From: Dipteris shenzhenensis
Taxonomy: Eukaryota
NCBI GenBank assembly: GCA_047967505.1
Contig: CM106538.1
Length of the DNA: 64,000 nucleotides
Reading direction: 5' to 3' (one strand)
Made by a program: the position numbers and the translations under genes. Positions 62,835 to 64,000 of this stretch are shown here, in pieces; positions within the stretch are counted from its first letter, which is position 1; every line of letters starts with the position of its first letter. A model generated the notes under the pieces. That model searched no databases, had not been told where the DNA came from, and worked only from the letters and a program-made list of their open reading frames with translations.

Positions 62835-64000
62835 TGAGAGTGCTCTCAACGGAAGCAAGAACGGAAGAGGGAGAGAGAGAAACAGAGAGCCACACAAGTT
62901 TTGGTGGGTGCAGAACCACCCTAATCTTCTTTTTCATTCATTTATATATGTGTTTGAGTATTGTACATAACCGGGGTTAAGGCACAGTGACCTTTAACCC
63001 CCACAACCTCCCACTTAAAGGACAATGTGCCTTTAAGGGAGAATAACTAGTGAGCGTACTATCCAATGCCCATCAATACACGACAATACTCAAACCGCTG
63101 ACTAGGTAGACTCTTCTCAGCATATCTGCAGGGTTATCATCTGTATGAACCTTGACAAGCTCTATGCTCTTGTCCTCAAGTACCTCCCTGATGAAATGGT
63201 ACCTGACCTCAATGTGTTTGGTCTTTGCATGAAAGACCGGATTCCGTGCTAGCTGAATAGCACTCATGGAATCACTATGCAATGTTGGTACACCTGTATG
63301 AATCCCCAAATCTCCCACTAGCCGATCAAGCCATATAGCCTCCTTGCAACCCTCTGTGGCTGCAACATACTCAGCCTCTGTGGTAGACAAAGCCACGCAC
63401 TTCTGTGCACGAGACATCCACAACACGGCACCACCTGCAAAGGTGAACACATAACCAGAAGTGGATCTCCTACTATCCACATGCCCTGCATAGTTTGAAT
63501 TATTGTACCCAAGTACACGCATGTCTCCTTTACCAAAGCAAATGCACATCTCCTTGGTACCCTTCATGTACCTCATGATGCACTTAACTGCCTCCCAATG
63601 CCTCTTTCCTGGATTAACCATATACCTGCTAACAACTCCCACTGCAAATGCAATGTCTGGTCTAGTAGCTATCATAGCATACATAAGACTCCCAACCGCT
63701 GATGCATAAGGAACCTTAGCCATCATGGCCCTCTCCTCTTCTGATTTGGGACTATCTGTATGACTCAGTTTCACATATGGAGGCAATGGAGTACTCACTG
63801 CCTTCCCCCCCTCCATATTGAAATGCTGCAATACTTTTGTAACATACTCTTTTTGTGAAAGCCAAAGGAGTTTCCTACTCCGATCACGCATGATGCGCAT
63901 ACCAAGAATATGACCTGCAAGTCCCAAATCCTTCATATCAAAGGCCTCATGCAACTTGGCCTTTAATGCATCTAGCTCATAAGTATTCTTGCTAGCCAAT
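62835..64000 (-). mobile_element. Ty1/Copia 3' end (RT-RNaseH-PPT-short LTR), runs off the window
   Basis: ORF 63999-63073: FDMKDLG, YASAVGSLMY, TRPDI, ALSTTEAEY, KHIEVRYHFIRE. PPT 63017-63006. LTR 63005-62835 TG..CA. Confidence 0.92.

Overview
Transposon-saturated, gene-poor land-plant DNA. A fern-like large genome is my inference from element types and microsatellite style; it is not established. No intact host gene is visible. Host-type relics are a PP2 lectin pseudogene (9.4-10.0 kb) and a two-exon kinesin-14/KCBP fragment (41.2-41.8 kb). The rest is nested, decayed Ty1/Copia, Ty3/Gypsy, LINE, CACTA and hAT sequence plus MITEs and microsatellites. The standout is a ~7 kb inverted duplication (14.9-22.2 kb vs 26.0-32.8 kb), itself bracketed by a ~0.9 kb direct duplication. 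Each arm carries the same compact, apparently intronless cassette: an atypical protein kinase (GKGSYG / HYDLHAHN / IDWG / APE), a coiled-coil + RING-H2 gene, and a convergent hAT (DUF659-type) transposase. This is a candidate cargo-carrying hAT element. Also notable: a 246-bp MITE family (3 copies, perfect 8-bp TSDs, non-canonical CTCGGGGGGG termini), a TSD-bounded Copia whose pol is replaced by an inverted pol from a sister family, a Gypsy relic with two tandem aspartic proteases, and two long fold-back hairpins. All calls come from reading and translating by eye; no searches were run. Boundaries of decayed ORFs are approximate.
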